A stretch of 64,000 nucleotides of DNA from an uncultured Nitrososphaerales archaeon (GCA_963713605.1 CAVQMO010000001.1:96001-160000), one strand, 5' to 3'. Positions 23,581 through 34,753 are shown, counted from the first letter of the stretch. Program-made: numbers and translations. The notes: generated by a model not told the origin, from the sequence alone.

Positions 23581-24171
23581 CTATTCCAGTCCTTGTATTT
23601 TTTTCCGTCTTGCAAGCATAGAATTTAGCCAGCTGATTCCTGCGGTGGTGATTCGGTATGCTGGTAATTCACCGCCATTTCTGACGATGTCTCTTTGTAC
23701 GTATCCTACTTTAACCAATTCGGACAATCTTGAACTAATAGATTTTGATTTTAGACCCGTTGCTGATTGTAGGTCAGATATACGTAGTCTGTCATCCTCA
23801 GTCTTCCCTAATCCCTTTCCGATACGGGAAGCAACCAGTTGAAGGGCAACGATTTGTTTGTCTGAGAACTTTCTAAGTTCGACTCCGTCCAATATTGGAA
23901 TTATCTTCGGACCTTCGGGGGTAATCTTGATGATATCTGAATATGATTCAACAAGATCGGCAATAGTGTAATTAAGTGAAATCCTATTAGCCAGTTCCAA
24001 TGAGGGAATTTGTTTTGTCAGAAATGATATCACGGAAGTTATAACCGAATCTGCAGATCCATTAAACTGGACCCGAATATCGCCTATGCAGATTGAAACA
24101 TTTACGTTAGCTCCCGGGTCAGCAGTACTTCCGATTTCTTCCTTACCCCGATCACTTTGTTCGATAGACAC
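23581..24171 (-). CDS. Winged-helix DNA-binding protein
   Basis: LRISDLQSATGLKSKSISSRLSELVKVGYV...YRITTAG. Confidence 0.75.
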   Translation of the reverse strand: MSIEQSDRGKEEIGSTADPGANVNVSICIGDIRVQFNGSADSVITSVISFLTKQIPSLELANRISLNYTIADLVESYSDIIKITPEGPKIIPILDGVELRKFSDKQIVALQLVASRIGKGLGKTEDDRLRISDLQSATGLKSKSISSRLSELVKVGYVQRDIVRNGGELPAYRITTAGISWLNSMLARRKKIQGLE

Positions 24172-24341
24172 CAGATTTCACCTCACCTTCGAGATATTGA
24201 TTATAAATATATATGCGTATTTCTAAATACTCGCGCTTAGCTCTTGTACTGCAAGGAGGAGCAAAAATGTCCTTGCCGAATAGACCTTACGTGAAAAGAT
24301 AAATTAAACTTATTAATACAAGCTTAAGCATCGTCAAGGTT

Positions 24342-25691
24342 TTGAAATTGAGCGAATTATTGCATGAACAAGAATTAGGTGATTGGAGAAGAACCCATTA
24401 CTCTAGGGAGATTCTGCCTACTTTAGATACCAGGCAGATCACTGTAATGGGATGGGTTTCTAGCACAAGGAGCCACGGTAATATTCAATTTGTTGTAATA
24501 AGAGATCGACTAGGTGAAATACAAGTAACTGCAAAACGAGGCGAATGTTCAGACAAGGTTCTCGATCAACTCTCACGTATAAAGGAACACACGTCCTTAG
24601 CGGTCAGAGGGAAAGTTCGAGCACAAAATAGGTCACCCAATGGAATAGAGGTTATTCCCAACGAGGTAAGAATCTTCTCGTTGGCTAAGCAAGCAGCACC
24701 ATTTACCATCCAGGCAAATAAATCAACTGTAGGTATTGATACTCGCCTCGATCTTAGAGCTATAGATTTAAGGCGAAATTTTTTACGAAGCACATTTGGA
24801 ATCCGTCATACCACACTTAGTTCTGTTAGAGAGTTTCTTGATGCGAAAGGCTTTATTGAAGTCAACACACCCAAAATGATCGCAACAGCTACTGAAGGGG
24901 GAGCTGCCCTGTTTCCAATTTTCTACTATAACAAGGAGGCATACCTGGCACAAAGTCCCCAATTGTATAAGGAACAGCTCACGATGGCTTTTGAGAATCT
25001 CTACGAGATTGGACCTATTTTTAGAGCAGAGCCCTCAAGAACAAAAAGACACTTATCCGAAGCAACCTCGATTGACGTTGAACAGGCCTTCGCAGATTAC
25101 AATGACCTTATGGATTTACTAGAAGCAATGATCAAACATATTATCAAATCGATAAATGACAGACATCGGGATGATCTTCAAAGTATGCATAGCACATTGC
25201 CTAACATCAAGACGCCTTTCCCAAGATACAGGTACGATGAGATTATTGATAAGCTTCAAGCAAAAGGTGAACGTATCAGATGGGGTGACGATATCAACCC
25301 TCAGATTATAAAAGGACTTTCAAATGAAGTCTTCAACAGCGATACTTTTTACTACATAACAGAATGGCCCACTGCTATAAAACCATTCTATGTAAAGCCG
25401 ACTTCCAAATCTGACAAGTTTTGTGAATCATTTGATCTAATGTTTGGTTCTCTTGAAATCTCCTCTGGCAGTACCAGGATAAATAGGAAGGAGTCTCTTC
25501 TAGCAAGTATGAAAAAACAAGGGCTAAATACGGAATTGTTTGATTTCCATCTTAGAGTTTTTGATTATGGTGTTCCACCTCATGCAGGTTTCGGAGTAGG
25601 CATGGAAAGACTCATGATGGTACTCCTAAATATCGAGAATATCCGAGACGCTACATTCTATCCAAGGGATATTGATCGCCTTACCCCGTGA
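24342..25691 (+). CDS. aspS: Aspartate--tRNA(Asp/Asn) ligase, non-discriminating type
   Basis: OB fold, [31 protein letters not shown]; followed by gatCAB. Confidence 0.96.
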   Translation: MKLSELLHEQELGDWRRTHYSREILPTLDTRQITVMGWVSSTRSHGNIQFVVIRDRLGEIQVTAKRGECSDKVLDQLSRIKEHTSLAVRGKVRAQNRSPNGIEVIPNEVRIFSLAKQAAPFTIQANKSTVGIDTRLDLRAIDLRRNFLRSTFGIRHTTLSSVREFLDAKGFIEVNTPKMIATATEGGAALFPIFYYNKEAYLAQSPQLYKEQLTMAFENLYEIGPIFRAEPSRTKRHLSEATSIDVEQAFADYNDLMDLLEAMIKHIIKSINDRHRDDLQSMHSTLPNIKTPFPRYRYDEIIDKLQAKGERIRWGDDINPQIIKGLSNEVFNSDTFYYITEWPTAIKPFYVKPTSKSDKFCESFDLMFGSLEISSGSTRINRKESLLASMKKQGLNTELFDFHLRVFDYGVPPHAGFGVGMERLMMVLLNIENIRDATFYPRDIDRLTP

Positions 25692-25711
25692 ATGAGGAGA
25701 ATTAAATCGGA

Positions 25712-25993
25712 ATGGTTTCAAAGGACGAGATAAGGCATTTAGGCTGGCTTGCAAGGTTAGACCTATCAGAGGAAGAGCTATCAAAATATGAATCTCAAAT
25801 TGATCGAATTATTCAACATTTTGACATCTTAGATAGCTTAGAATTAGATATCATGGAACCTACTTACTTGACTAAGTCGGTGCGCAACTTACGTCTCGAT
25901 AAAGCAAAGGATTTTGGCGAGAATGTACTTCCCAAAACCAAAAATAGAAAGGATGGCTATTTGAAAGGCCCTAAAAGTGATGTGAAACAATGA
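25712..25993 (+). CDS. gatC: Asp/Glu-tRNA amidotransferase subunit C
   Basis: EIRHLGWLARLDL, LRLD, DGYLKGPK; position before gatA. Confidence 0.9.
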   Translation: MVSKDEIRHLGWLARLDLSEEELSKYESQIDRIIQHFDILDSLELDIMEPTYLTKSVRNLRLDKAKDFGENVLPKTKNRKDGYLKGPKSDVKQ

Positions 25994-27435
25994 GTAGGCT
26001 ATGTGATCTCTCGATCGATGAGGTTACAGACGGTATAAGAAATCAACATTTTTCTGCAGAGGAATATGTATCCCAAACCCTGGAGCGTATAGCAAAACTA
26101 GATGTCGATATCAAGGCCTTTGTGGGTGTGAATACTGATGGCGCTATAGAATCTGCGCGGAGACTAGATAGCAAGATTCGTAGGGGAGAGAAGGTTGGCC
26201 ATTTGGCAGGTATCACAGTGGGTATAAAGGACAACATAAGCACCAAAGGATTAAGAACTACATGTGCTTCAAGGGTCTTGGCAGATTATGTCCCACCCTA
26301 TGACGCGACTGTAATTCGAAAATTGAAAGAATGCGATGCAATCATTATCGGAAAATTGAATTTAGATGAGTTTGCGATGGGTTCAACAACTGAGTTTAGT
26401 AATTTCGGACCTACAAGAAATCCGTGGAATCTAGATTATGTCACCGGTGGCTCATCGGGGGGTAGTGCGGCTGCTGTTGCAGCAGCCGAGTGCACCGCGT
26501 CATTAGGATCGGATACTGGGGGTTCAGTTAGATGTCCTGCAAGTTTCTGTTCAGTAGTAGGATTCAAGCCCACATATGGTTCGGTTAGTAGATATGGTTT
26601 AATAGCCTATTCTAATAGCCTGGAGCAAATTGGTCCAATTGCTCGAACAGTACCAGGTGTTGTCAGATTGATGAACGCAATTTCAGGAGTAGATCCTAAT
26701 GATGATACCACACGCACAGTGGCTTTGCCCTATTCTGTTGAAGCACCTAAAAATCATCTTCGGATAGCTTTACTAAACAATTTGACCGTCGATGCTCAAC
26801 CTGAAGTTTCCAAGTGTATATATTCCGCGATGGATACGCTGTCTTCAGCAGGATGCATCTGCGAGGAGTTAACATTAAACTCATTGGATTATGCTCTTGC
26901 TTCATACTACGTTATCGCTATGGCAGAAGCGAGTAGTAATCTTGCACGGTACGACAATATTCGTTACGGATTCAATTTGGATCCTGAAGGGTATGAATGG
27001 AATTCATATTTTGCGAAAGTAAGAAGTAATTTTGGCGAAGAAGTCAAAAGACGAATTATCGTCGGCACATATGTTCTCTCTTCAGGATACTATGGACGAT
27101 ATTATCTTAAGGCACAAAAAGTAAGAGCCTTGTTAAGACGAGAGTTCAAGTCGTTGTATTCCAAATATGATGTTATAATAGCTCCTACCATGCCTATACT
27201 ACCCTTTAGAATTGGTGAAAAAATAGGTGACCCGATAAAGCTTTATTACGTGGATATTGACACCGTTGTTTCCAATCTCACAGGAATGCCTGCAATTTCA
27301 ATACCTGCTGGGTTTAGCAATGGTCTCCCGATAGGTCTCCAAATTATGTCAGATGAATTTCAAGAACAGAAGATTTTTGATGCAGCTCTACTTTTCGAAA
27401 GAACGGCCAAAATTCAGGTGAGAACTCCATTATGA
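25990..27435 (+). CDS. gatA: Asp/Glu-tRNA amidotransferase subunit A
   Basis: IKDNI, GGSSGGSAAAV, GSDTGGSVRCPA, EASSNLARYD. Confidence 0.97.
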   Translation: MSRLCDLSIDEVTDGIRNQHFSAEEYVSQTLERIAKLDVDIKAFVGVNTDGAIESARRLDSKIRRGEKVGHLAGITVGIKDNISTKGLRTTCASRVLADYVPPYDATVIRKLKECDAIIIGKLNLDEFAMGSTTEFSNFGPTRNPWNLDYVTGGSSGGSAAAVAAAECTASLGSDTGGSVRCPASFCSVVGFKPTYGSVSRYGLIAYSNSLEQIGPIARTVPGVVRLMNAISGVDPNDDTTRTVALPYSVEAPKNHLRIALLNNLTVDAQPEVSKCIYSAMDTLSSAGCICEELTLNSLDYALASYYVIAMAEASSNLARYDNIRYGFNLDPEGYEWNSYFAKVRSNFGEEVKRRIIVGTYVLSSGYYGRYYLKAQKVRALLRREFKSLYSKYDVIIAPTMPILPFRIGEKIGDPIKLYYVDIDTVVSNLTGMPAISIPAGFSNGLPIGLQIMSDEFQEQKIFDAALLFERTAKIQVRTPL

Positions 27436-28865
27436 TGTCTACATACAGTACTAAAATTGGATTGGAAATCCATTGTCAACTTACTGGTTTAAGAAGCAAG
27501 CTATTTTGTTCATGCCATTGCAATTATCGTGAATACAGTCCCAATGAGAATATCTGTCCGACGTGCACAGGGCTTCCGGGCACCCTACCTCTATTGAATC
27601 AGACAGCAATAGAAATAGCGGCAATGGTTTGCATGGCTTTAAGGTGTACTATTCCAAATAATATACTATTCTACAGAAAGAACTATTTCTATTTAGATCT
27701 ACCTAAGAATTTTCAACTTACCCAATATAATGCCCATGGAATTACCAGCATTGGTGTAGATGGGTTGCTGGGATATGGACAAGGAGAAACTAGAATACGT
27801 AGAGTTCAGCTCGAAGAGGACCCTGGTAGATTATCATATATGAATGGAAGTTCAGGCTCACTAATCGACTACAACCGGGCTGGAATACCCCTTGTGGAAA
27901 TCGTGACCGAGCCAGATTTTCATGACCCAAAAGATGTGAGATTATTTCTGAATAAATTAGCATCGATAGTTGAACACCTGGGAGTTTGTGATACGAGCCT
28001 TGAAGGAGCAGTTAGATGCGACGCGAATATTTCCATAGGTGATTCAAGAAGAGTTGAAATAAAAAACGTCTCTTCCTTTGGAGATGTCGAAAAGGCTCTC
28101 AAGTTTGAAATGACCAGGCAAAAAGCTATGCTTAATTATGAAATGGAAATCAGAGGTGAAACCAGACATTGGGACGAACAAAGAAAAATAACCAAGCAGT
28201 CAAGGACCAAGGAAGAGGAACAAGACTACAGATACTTTTACGAGCCAGATATACCATCAATTCAGATCGATGAGGATTATTTGAAGGAATTACACTCAAA
28301 AATGCCTGAGCTTCCAGATGAACGGAAAGAACGGTTTATCAATTATTATAAACTTACGGAGCACGTCTCCAAAGTATTAATAGATCATAAAGATCTCGCA
28401 GATTACTTCGAGGAGTCAGTCAAGATCTATTTTGCCCCCAAAGAAATAGCAAATATTATCGTGACTGACCTTATGAGCTATGCAGATGACAATTCTAAGA
28501 AACTTGGATCTCCAATAAGGAACATAAAGATGACACCCAAACAATTAGCTGAAATAGCTCGAATGATAAAGGAAGGGATCGTTAATAGAAAAACTGCTAA
28601 GCAAATCCTATATGAAGCTGTATTATCAGGCAAATTAATAACTCCAAGTGAAAATGACACGAATTTTAGAAAGATCAACGATGAGGGCCTAATATTGCGT
28701 TCTATTGAAAATGTCTTTGAGGCAGAGTCCATAGCAGTGCTTGATGCAAGAAAAAATCCTAATGTATCCAACTATCTGCTCGGAAAGGTGATGGAACTCA
28801 CTAAGGGCAGAGTTGATCCAGGGCGTGCATTAAGCCTAATCAACAAAAAGTTGTTGGAATACTAA
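27432..28865 (+). CDS. gatB: Asp/Glu-tRNA amidotransferase subunit B
   Basis: IGLEIHCQL, RKNYFYLDLPK, DYNRAGIPLVEIVTEPD, DYRYFYEPD. Confidence 0.97.
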   Translation: MMSTYSTKIGLEIHCQLTGLRSKLFCSCHCNYREYSPNENICPTCTGLPGTLPLLNQTAIEIAAMVCMALRCTIPNNILFYRKNYFYLDLPKNFQLTQYNAHGITSIGVDGLLGYGQGETRIRRVQLEEDPGRLSYMNGSSGSLIDYNRAGIPLVEIVTEPDFHDPKDVRLFLNKLASIVEHLGVCDTSLEGAVRCDANISIGDSRRVEIKNVSSFGDVEKALKFEMTRQKAMLNYEMEIRGETRHWDEQRKITKQSRTKEEEQDYRYFYEPDIPSIQIDEDYLKELHSKMPELPDERKERFINYYKLTEHVSKVLIDHKDLADYFEESVKIYFAPKEIANIIVTDLMSYADDNSKKLGSPIRNIKMTPKQLAEIARMIKEGIVNRKTAKQILYEAVLSGKLITPSENDTNFRKINDEGLILRSIENVFEAESIAVLDARKNPNVSNYLLGKVMELTKGRVDPGRALSLINKKLLEY

Positions 28866-28930
28866 ATAGGTAGAGAAAATCATGATCCAGCTTATTATTA
28901 ATTAACGCTTGATGGTAATTAGGACTATAA

Positions 28931-29269
28931 TCACGTTGTCAGATTAATTATCGCTTGAGCCAGATCGCCCTTTGAATCGGTAAGTGCTTGAATAGCTCTA
29001 TCCTTACTGACGCTCGCTTGCTGCATCACCAGCACAACGTCCTCCTCTTTGAATGACGGAACTTCTTTTTGTCTTTCTTCGATATCTGTTGCAACTACCT
29101 GAAAAATGGTACTATCCTTTCCTTTCATTTCAACTACTTGCGGTTTTATAAGATAAAGTTCTTTAGTTTCTGTTCGAATAACGACTTCTTCAATTTCGCC
29201 CATTTCTTTCATCTCTAGCCCCATTTTATCTAACATTCGTCTCATTTCGCGGTTACCACCTCGCATCAT
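28931..29269 (-). CDS. nac: Nascent polypeptide-associated complex protein
   Basis: RRMLDKMGLEM..EEVVI NAC domain and UBA-like EEDVVLVMQQA..GDLAQAI. Confidence 0.93.
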   Translation of the reverse strand: MMRGGNREMRRMLDKMGLEMKEMGEIEEVVIRTETKELYLIKPQVVEMKGKDSTIFQVVATDIEERQKEVPSFKEEDVVLVMQQASVSKDRAIQALTDSKGDLAQAIINLTT

Positions 29270-29739
29270 ACAAATCCTTCTGTACTTGTCCCGCTTTTTA
29301 TTCCTTGTCTAACCCTTACCGCAACCCCGGTATCAAACCCTTTCATCATATTTGACGCAAATCTTGCACGTCCTACAGCCAAAATCTTTTCGTTATCATC
29401 TATAACTACAACGTCTGACCCAACTTTAACGTTAGACCCACACCATTTTACGTGTTTGCAAAAAAGGGAGCGTCCTTCGCTAACGAAGGGAACAGCTTCC
29501 TGAATTGGTATAACACAATTTGTTTTGAATAGCGGGTTCTTCATCAAGAGCTCAGCTCCCGAAAGTGTTAGAGCTATTCCACCGTCCGTCCTTAAAGTCC
29601 CAGCCAGTTGATTGTCAAAACTAAAGCTCTTTATGCGTCCAGTTCTTCTCGAAAAGTCGAAGGTAGTTGATTTTGGGAGGATAAAATATGCGCCGAATAA
29701 TGCGTTCAAATGATGGCGAATTTTCTCGTGAGGGTCCAC
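29266..29739 (-). CDS. PUA-domain protein resembling ArcTGT C-terminal (C2/C3) domains
   Basis: SRRTGRIK, FVSEGRSLFCKHV, AVGRA, GVAVRVR; likely start GTG 29739 within ORF 29266..29928. Confidence 0.8.
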   Translation of the reverse strand: MDPHEKIRHHLNALFGAYFILPKSTTFDFSRRTGRIKSFSFDNQLAGTLRTDGGIALTLSGAELLMKNPLFKTNCVIPIQEAVPFVSEGRSLFCKHVKWCGSNVKVGSDVVVIDDNEKILAVGRARFASNMMKGFDTGVAVRVRQGIKSGTSTEGFV

Positions 29740-29843
29740 AGAAATAGGATCCAATAGAACCTTAACTGGAATATTTGGATAAATATGTTTTTGATTAAAT
29801 GATCTATATAGGAAAAAATACAAATATATAGTTCGCCTTACTA

Positions 29844-30924
29844 GTGTTTGCGGTGACATCGACGGAAAATACGCAGTCTTCTGATCAAAGGGAAGAGACC
29901 CGGAAGATACAATACACAGGAGGATCATCTTTTATCGTCTCTTTACCCAAGAGATGGATTCAGGAATTAGGACTCAAACAGGGAGATCACGTCTTGATTT
30001 CGAGACAAGCAAACTCATTCTTGCAGATCTCGCCTGCCTCGCGTAGATCAATAAAGGAGCAAAAAGAAGCTACTATTGAAGTACTAAATGAAAACAATCC
30101 ATACTATCTTGCTAGAAAATTGGTTTCTCTTTATTTCCTCGGCTATCATATGATTCACATTTTTCCAAAAGAAAACAACAGATTAACCAGTGATCAACGA
30201 GATGTAATCAAAGATTTAGTCCGACGACTTTTGATGGGGACAGAGATTATTGCAGACTCAGCCAGTGGAATGACTTTGCAAGTCCTAATCAATTTACTGG
30301 ATCTATCAGTTGACGCAGCTTTCAAGAGAATGATTCTTATTGCAAAGTCGATGCACGCTGACGTCATGCTGTCAATGAAGGAGAACAATATAGAATTAGC
30401 TGAGAGAGGTACTTAAGTCGGATGATGAAGTTGACCGATTTAGCTTTTACATAGTTAGGCAGCTAAATATTGCAATTAAGAACGAATATCTACTTAGTGA
30501 AATTGGTTTGCAAGACTCTAGGAGCTGCTTGGGATATAGATTAATTACTAAATTTGCAGAAAGAATAGCAGATCATGCGGTGTTAATAGCTAAAGAACTA
30601 ATAGATTCTAGACGACCGGTTAATCTAGATATCGTGAAAAGGATTACTGCAATGAGCAATTTTGCTTTGGGAGTATTGGATGAAGCCTGTTTGTCCATGT
30701 TTAAACAGGATTATAATTCAGCTGACAAGGCAATCGAGAAGGCGCGAGAAATTGATTATTTAGAAAAGTCAATCATGAATGGTTTAAGCAATTTGAGGAA
30801 CATGAATGATATTTATCGAGTAAAAATAATAACTGAAAACCTTCGAAGAGTCGCAGAATACTCGAGCGATATCGCAGAAATCGTACTCAATATGACGGTC
30901 CAGCAAACTTTAAAGAAAGGCTAA
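29844..30924 (+). CDS. AbrB-PhoU phosphate uptake regulator (frameshift near 30410)
   Basis: RKIQYTGGSSFIVSLPKRW AbrB domain; DDEVDR, ERIADHA and RRVAEYSSDIAE PhoU motifs. Confidence 0.9.
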
Positions 30925-30949
30925 AACAGGTTAATTTAAGGGCTTAAAC

Positions 30950-31435
30950 TTGCCAACGTCTTCATCATCATCATTTTGCGAAGTGTGCGGGCGACAGGTT
31001 AACGAGGATTTTAAGGTTGTAGTGATTGAAGGAACGATCTTTAGAGTGTGTTCTCAATGTTCTAGGCGAGGAAAGCCCTACAATCCAGGGATCACTAAAA
31101 CCAATAAACCATCAATCAATTCTTCGACACAATCAACATTTCGCCAGCCTCTTACTAAAAACCAACCAGTAGTCAAGAAGCGAGGATATTCGAGTAATAG
31201 ACTCCAACTTACCGACGAAACGTTACTGTCACAAGATTTTGGAAGAATGATTCGAGAAGCACGTATGAAAAAGGGGTTTACCCATGAACAGCTAGCCATA
31301 AAGATGAGTGAAAAGGCCTCACTCCTTAAGAAGATAGAGACAGGGGCATTGAAGCCAGACGAGTTGCTTGCAAAGAAGTTTGAAAGGTATCTCCAAATAA
31401 AACTATACGTGTCAGCTGATGAGGAACAAGAATAG
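30950..31435 (+). CDS. mbf1: Archaeal multiprotein bridging factor 1
   Basis: CEVCG..VCSQC zinc ribbon plus HTH IREARMKKGFTHEQLA..KIETG.LKP. Confidence 0.9.
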   Translation: MPTSSSSSFCEVCGRQVNEDFKVVVIEGTIFRVCSQCSRRGKPYNPGITKTNKPSINSSTQSTFRQPLTKNQPVVKKRGYSSNRLQLTDETLLSQDFGRMIREARMKKGFTHEQLAIKMSEKASLLKKIETGALKPDELLAKKFERYLQIKLYVSADEEQE

Positions 31436-31568
31436 ATCAGAGGCGACCTTATCTAATTTCAAAAGCATACGTTTCTTTCAAAAATACATGAGATTCCGAT
31501 GAAGCAGTAGCCATTGTATGAATCATAGTCAGGAAAAGACTAACTATTGAGTATGAAAGAATATCTGA

Positions 31569-32717
31569 CTAGCCAGTTTGTTCTCTCTTAATTTCCTTCA
31601 TAACCTCCTGCAAATAGTCTTTCATTGCATCATAAGAGTCTTCCAATTCCCTTGCTTTAGTCTCTGTTTCATGCAATTCAGTCGTTCTCCTTTTTACCTC
31701 TCCTTGTAATATGTTGTTCCATTCCACAAGAATGAACACTAATACTACAATGGCCGCAAGCGTACCAGCAAGTAAGAGATAGATCTTGACCTCTTCTAAG
31801 TATAATGAATTCTGAATCTGAGAATATATATGAGTTGTTGGAGTAATAACCTGCAAAAAATATTGTGGTTCGCCGTTTACTAGCACAGGCTGTTGGGTAT
31901 TAATTCTTTCTCCAGCACCATAATCGTAGACGGCATAGGAAGGCTGAGAGAATGTGATCAACGATTTTGTTAAATTGTTAACGACCTCATTATGGTTGAC
32001 AGCGTCCTGAACTTCAGGACCAAAAAAGTTCAAGCCAACTAGACTCTTATTGAGCCCGTTGTACAGCAAATCTCCGTTTTTGTTGTATGAAACCAAGAAT
32101 CCTTCCTCAAAGTTCTCAATATTTTTATAATGGGAAAAAAAGGGATCTGCGAGAACTGAAGCTCCTATCGTCGCTATATATTCCCCCGAAAGTCTGTCGA
32201 AGACCGGATATGAGATAAATATCCTGTATAAACCCTGTCGCTCAAAACCATCAGAGAAAACCGTCGAATTGCTCTCCCTCGTCTGTCTTACCCAATCCCT
32301 AAATGACAAATCACTTCCTATAAGTGGTTCCCTCTCTTGTGCTAGTCCAACAGTCATCACATCGTTATTGTCCAAAATGAAAAGCCGGTTTATGATGTTA
32401 TCGTATTTATCAAACTCTTCTTGCATCAATTCTTTTAATGCTGGAGATGAGTATCCCCTCTCCTGCACGTATATCGAATTACCTAGACCATTCATCATGG
32501 CTATTACCCTTTCCAGATCAGAGCTCATATGTGTGCTAATTATCTTTGTATACTCCGTCTGTCTTCCTTTCTGTTGTTCAAAAATTCTGGTTTCGATATC
32601 TTGTTTAGTAATGTTCTGTATGAAAAATAGTGATGCAAACGAAAAGCCAACTATCAGCACTATTAGAACAAGTGTGATCTTTCTTATGTTCCTGCCTGCA
32701 AGATTAATTTTGATCAT
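31569..32717 (-). CDS. Membrane protein with extracellular Cache-like domain and short cytoplasmic coiled coil
   Basis: Two TM helices flanking a domain with DLSFRDWV and FISYPV; ends in coiled coil with no kinase domain. Confidence 0.8.
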   Translation of the reverse strand: MIKINLAGRNIRKITLVLIVLIVGFSFASLFFIQNITKQDIETRIFEQQKGRQTEYTKIISTHMSSDLERVIAMMNGLGNSIYVQERGYSSPALKELMQEEFDKYDNIINRLFILDNNDVMTVGLAQEREPLIGSDLSFRDWVRQTRESNSTVFSDGFERQGLYRIFISYPVFDRLSGEYIATIGASVLADPFFSHYKNIENFEEGFLVSYNKNGDLLYNGLNKSLVGLNFFGPEVQDAVNHNEVVNNLTKSLITFSQPSYAVYDYGAGERINTQQPVLVNGEPQYFLQVITPTTHIYSQIQNSLYLEEVKIYLLLAGTLAAIVVLVFILVEWNNILQGEVKRRTTELHETETKARELEDSYDAMKDYLQEVMKEIKREQTG

Positions 32718-32733
32718 AATATCTTAGCTACAG

Positions 32734-34068
32734 TTACCATCCCAATTTTTCTGCCGACCTCTCTGCTGCTTCATTTAATGCTTCTTTTGGGTCTCCATTA
32801 TGGTAGTAAACCTCATTGAGAGCTTCCCGAATTTCATCTGCAACAAGAGGGTATGCCGGTATAGCTGGCCTACTACCTCCTAATGGGATCATAGAAACCA
32901 TGTCATCATAGTATGGATTTATTTTTCTTAATTGTTCAGAAAATGGTCCTTCTCCTATAATTAGCTGCGTAGGGAGATATCCACTCTTCGCCAACCAAGG
33001 AGATAGAATGGGAGGTTCTAGCATCAATGAAATGAGTTCCCATGCCAGATCTTTGTTGGAGGATGTCTGAGGGATTGCAAATTGCCAACCACCCATTAGC
33101 GTTGCCGTGACTGTATCATTGTCTGGCGTGGGTAACTTCGGTATAAAACCGACATTAGGGAAATCCGCTGCACCTAGATTTGAGGGCAACCAAGATCCTT
33201 CAATCATTACCGAAAAATTTCTATCTGCGAATTCCTTTCCCCAACCGTGAGTCGTCTGTGGCTTTATTCCATCTTTCACCTGGTCTTGAATAAATGAAAG
33301 GGCTTTAACGCCTGCAGTGCTATTGAAAGCTGGAAACCAATAACTGCCTCCTGATGGATACCCTTCCTTTTGTTGGAGTATCTCTCCACCGAGCATCCAC
33401 AAATATGGATACCACACATCAGCAGAATGATTAGCCCCAGTGAGGTGAACCCCTCCAATACCTCTAGGTCCATGCGTAGAATTTAGTTTCTTTGCAGCTT
33501 CGATATATCCATTCCATGTAGTTAATGATCCGGGCTCTACCCCCGCCACCTCAAGTAAGTCCTTCCAATACCATATTCCTCTCACATCAGTCCATGCCCA
33601 AATACCATATACGGTGTTATTATAAATCATGCCATCTATGTTAGACTGGTAAAAGTCTGGGAGTCTTCCCCAATTCTCAGTCTTCTCTGTCAGATCCGTC
33701 AATAGCCCCTTATCCGCAAGTTCTCCCAACCAAATCTGATCGACACTTATTACGTCTAATGGAGTTCTGTTAGTTATAGAGTTCTCTATTTGCCTCTTTG
33801 TTTGAGAGTATGGGGTATCCGTATATTCGACCTCGATATTGAGATCAGGATGATTTACCCTCAACTTCTCGAGAGCATTATCTACAAGAGATTTTCCCAT
33901 CCCTTTTTTATTAAACTCATCAAACAGAACTCTCAAAGTAACATTTTCTCCATTCCCATTAGGGACTGGAGTTGTGGACGCGAAACTAGAATTTGATTCA
34001 TAAATACAAAAGGCCGTGAGGAATATACAATTGATAACTATTATAATACCAACTGAACGAGGCTCCAC
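32734..34068 (-). CDS. Extracellular solute-binding protein (sugar-binding family 1 type)
   Basis: N-terminal hydrophobic segment, DVISVDQIWLGELA, WYWKDLL, MIEGSW, LMGGW..KDLAWELI. Confidence 0.88.
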   Translation of the reverse strand: MEPRSVGIIIVINCIFLTAFCIYESNSSFASTTPVPNGNGENVTLRVLFDEFNKKGMGKSLVDNALEKLRVNHPDLNIEVEYTDTPYSQTKRQIENSITNRTPLDVISVDQIWLGELADKGLLTDLTEKTENWGRLPDFYQSNIDGMIYNNTVYGIWAWTDVRGIWYWKDLLEVAGVEPGSLTTWNGYIEAAKKLNSTHGPRGIGGVHLTGANHSADVWYPYLWMLGGEILQQKEGYPSGGSYWFPAFNSTAGVKALSFIQDQVKDGIKPQTTHGWGKEFADRNFSVMIEGSWLPSNLGAADFPNVGFIPKLPTPDNDTVTATLMGGWQFAIPQTSSNKDLAWELISLMLEPPILSPWLAKSGYLPTQLIIGEGPFSEQLRKINPYYDDMVSMIPLGGSRPAIPAYPLVADEIREALNEVYYHNGDPKEALNEAAERSAEKLGW

Positions 34069-34753
34069 TATGTTACATTCAAGGCTTTAAGTATTTATCA
34101 TTTTTGTTCTACTTACATGTCACTTTGATAAAGCCTGATTGCGAGCCCATTGGATGAATAAAATGTCAGTACAATAGGAGACTATTCGATATGGTATCCG
34201 CAGTAACTGGAGCTGTCCATGTCGAGATTCAGGAGTTCCAGCTGTCGACTACACCTCTTGTTCATGTTTTATGCGAGTGCATCCTAATTAAAGATATGGT
34301 CACCAGCTGCTTAACATTCGGAAAGGAGTACTCCATGTTTTGATAGGGGTACCTAAGTACCTGCGTTATTCCATATGTTCAAAATTGCTAACCGAACTAG
34401 ACACGGAACCTTTGGGACCTTATCCAAGAATCGTTCCGAATTTTAGGGTCATCCTCCATGTGACTGAAACTGCGTGACGATACTAATGAATTAGTTTCTT
34501 TCTATTGTTCTGTAGAGTGAAAGGGGAGGGACTTGGAAATTCAAGATTTCACATCGACAAATTTGCATTTCTTGAATAAATCTTAATTGAAGCCATAACT
34601 GGTTTCGCTTACTTCAAAGTACAGTTCTAGTTAATCAGAATCCTATCAGTAGTAATTAAGTACATACAATAAAGTACAAATTCGTCTCCTTTATTAAAGA
34701 CGCTAGCATTAAATTGCGACTACATAATGGACGATTCTTTCTGAATCTACCCT

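Noticed and set aside
29740..29928. N-terminal extension of the PUA ORF
   Set aside because: Overlaps the AT-rich divergent promoter and the PhoU-like gene; homology-like sequence starts at GTG 29739
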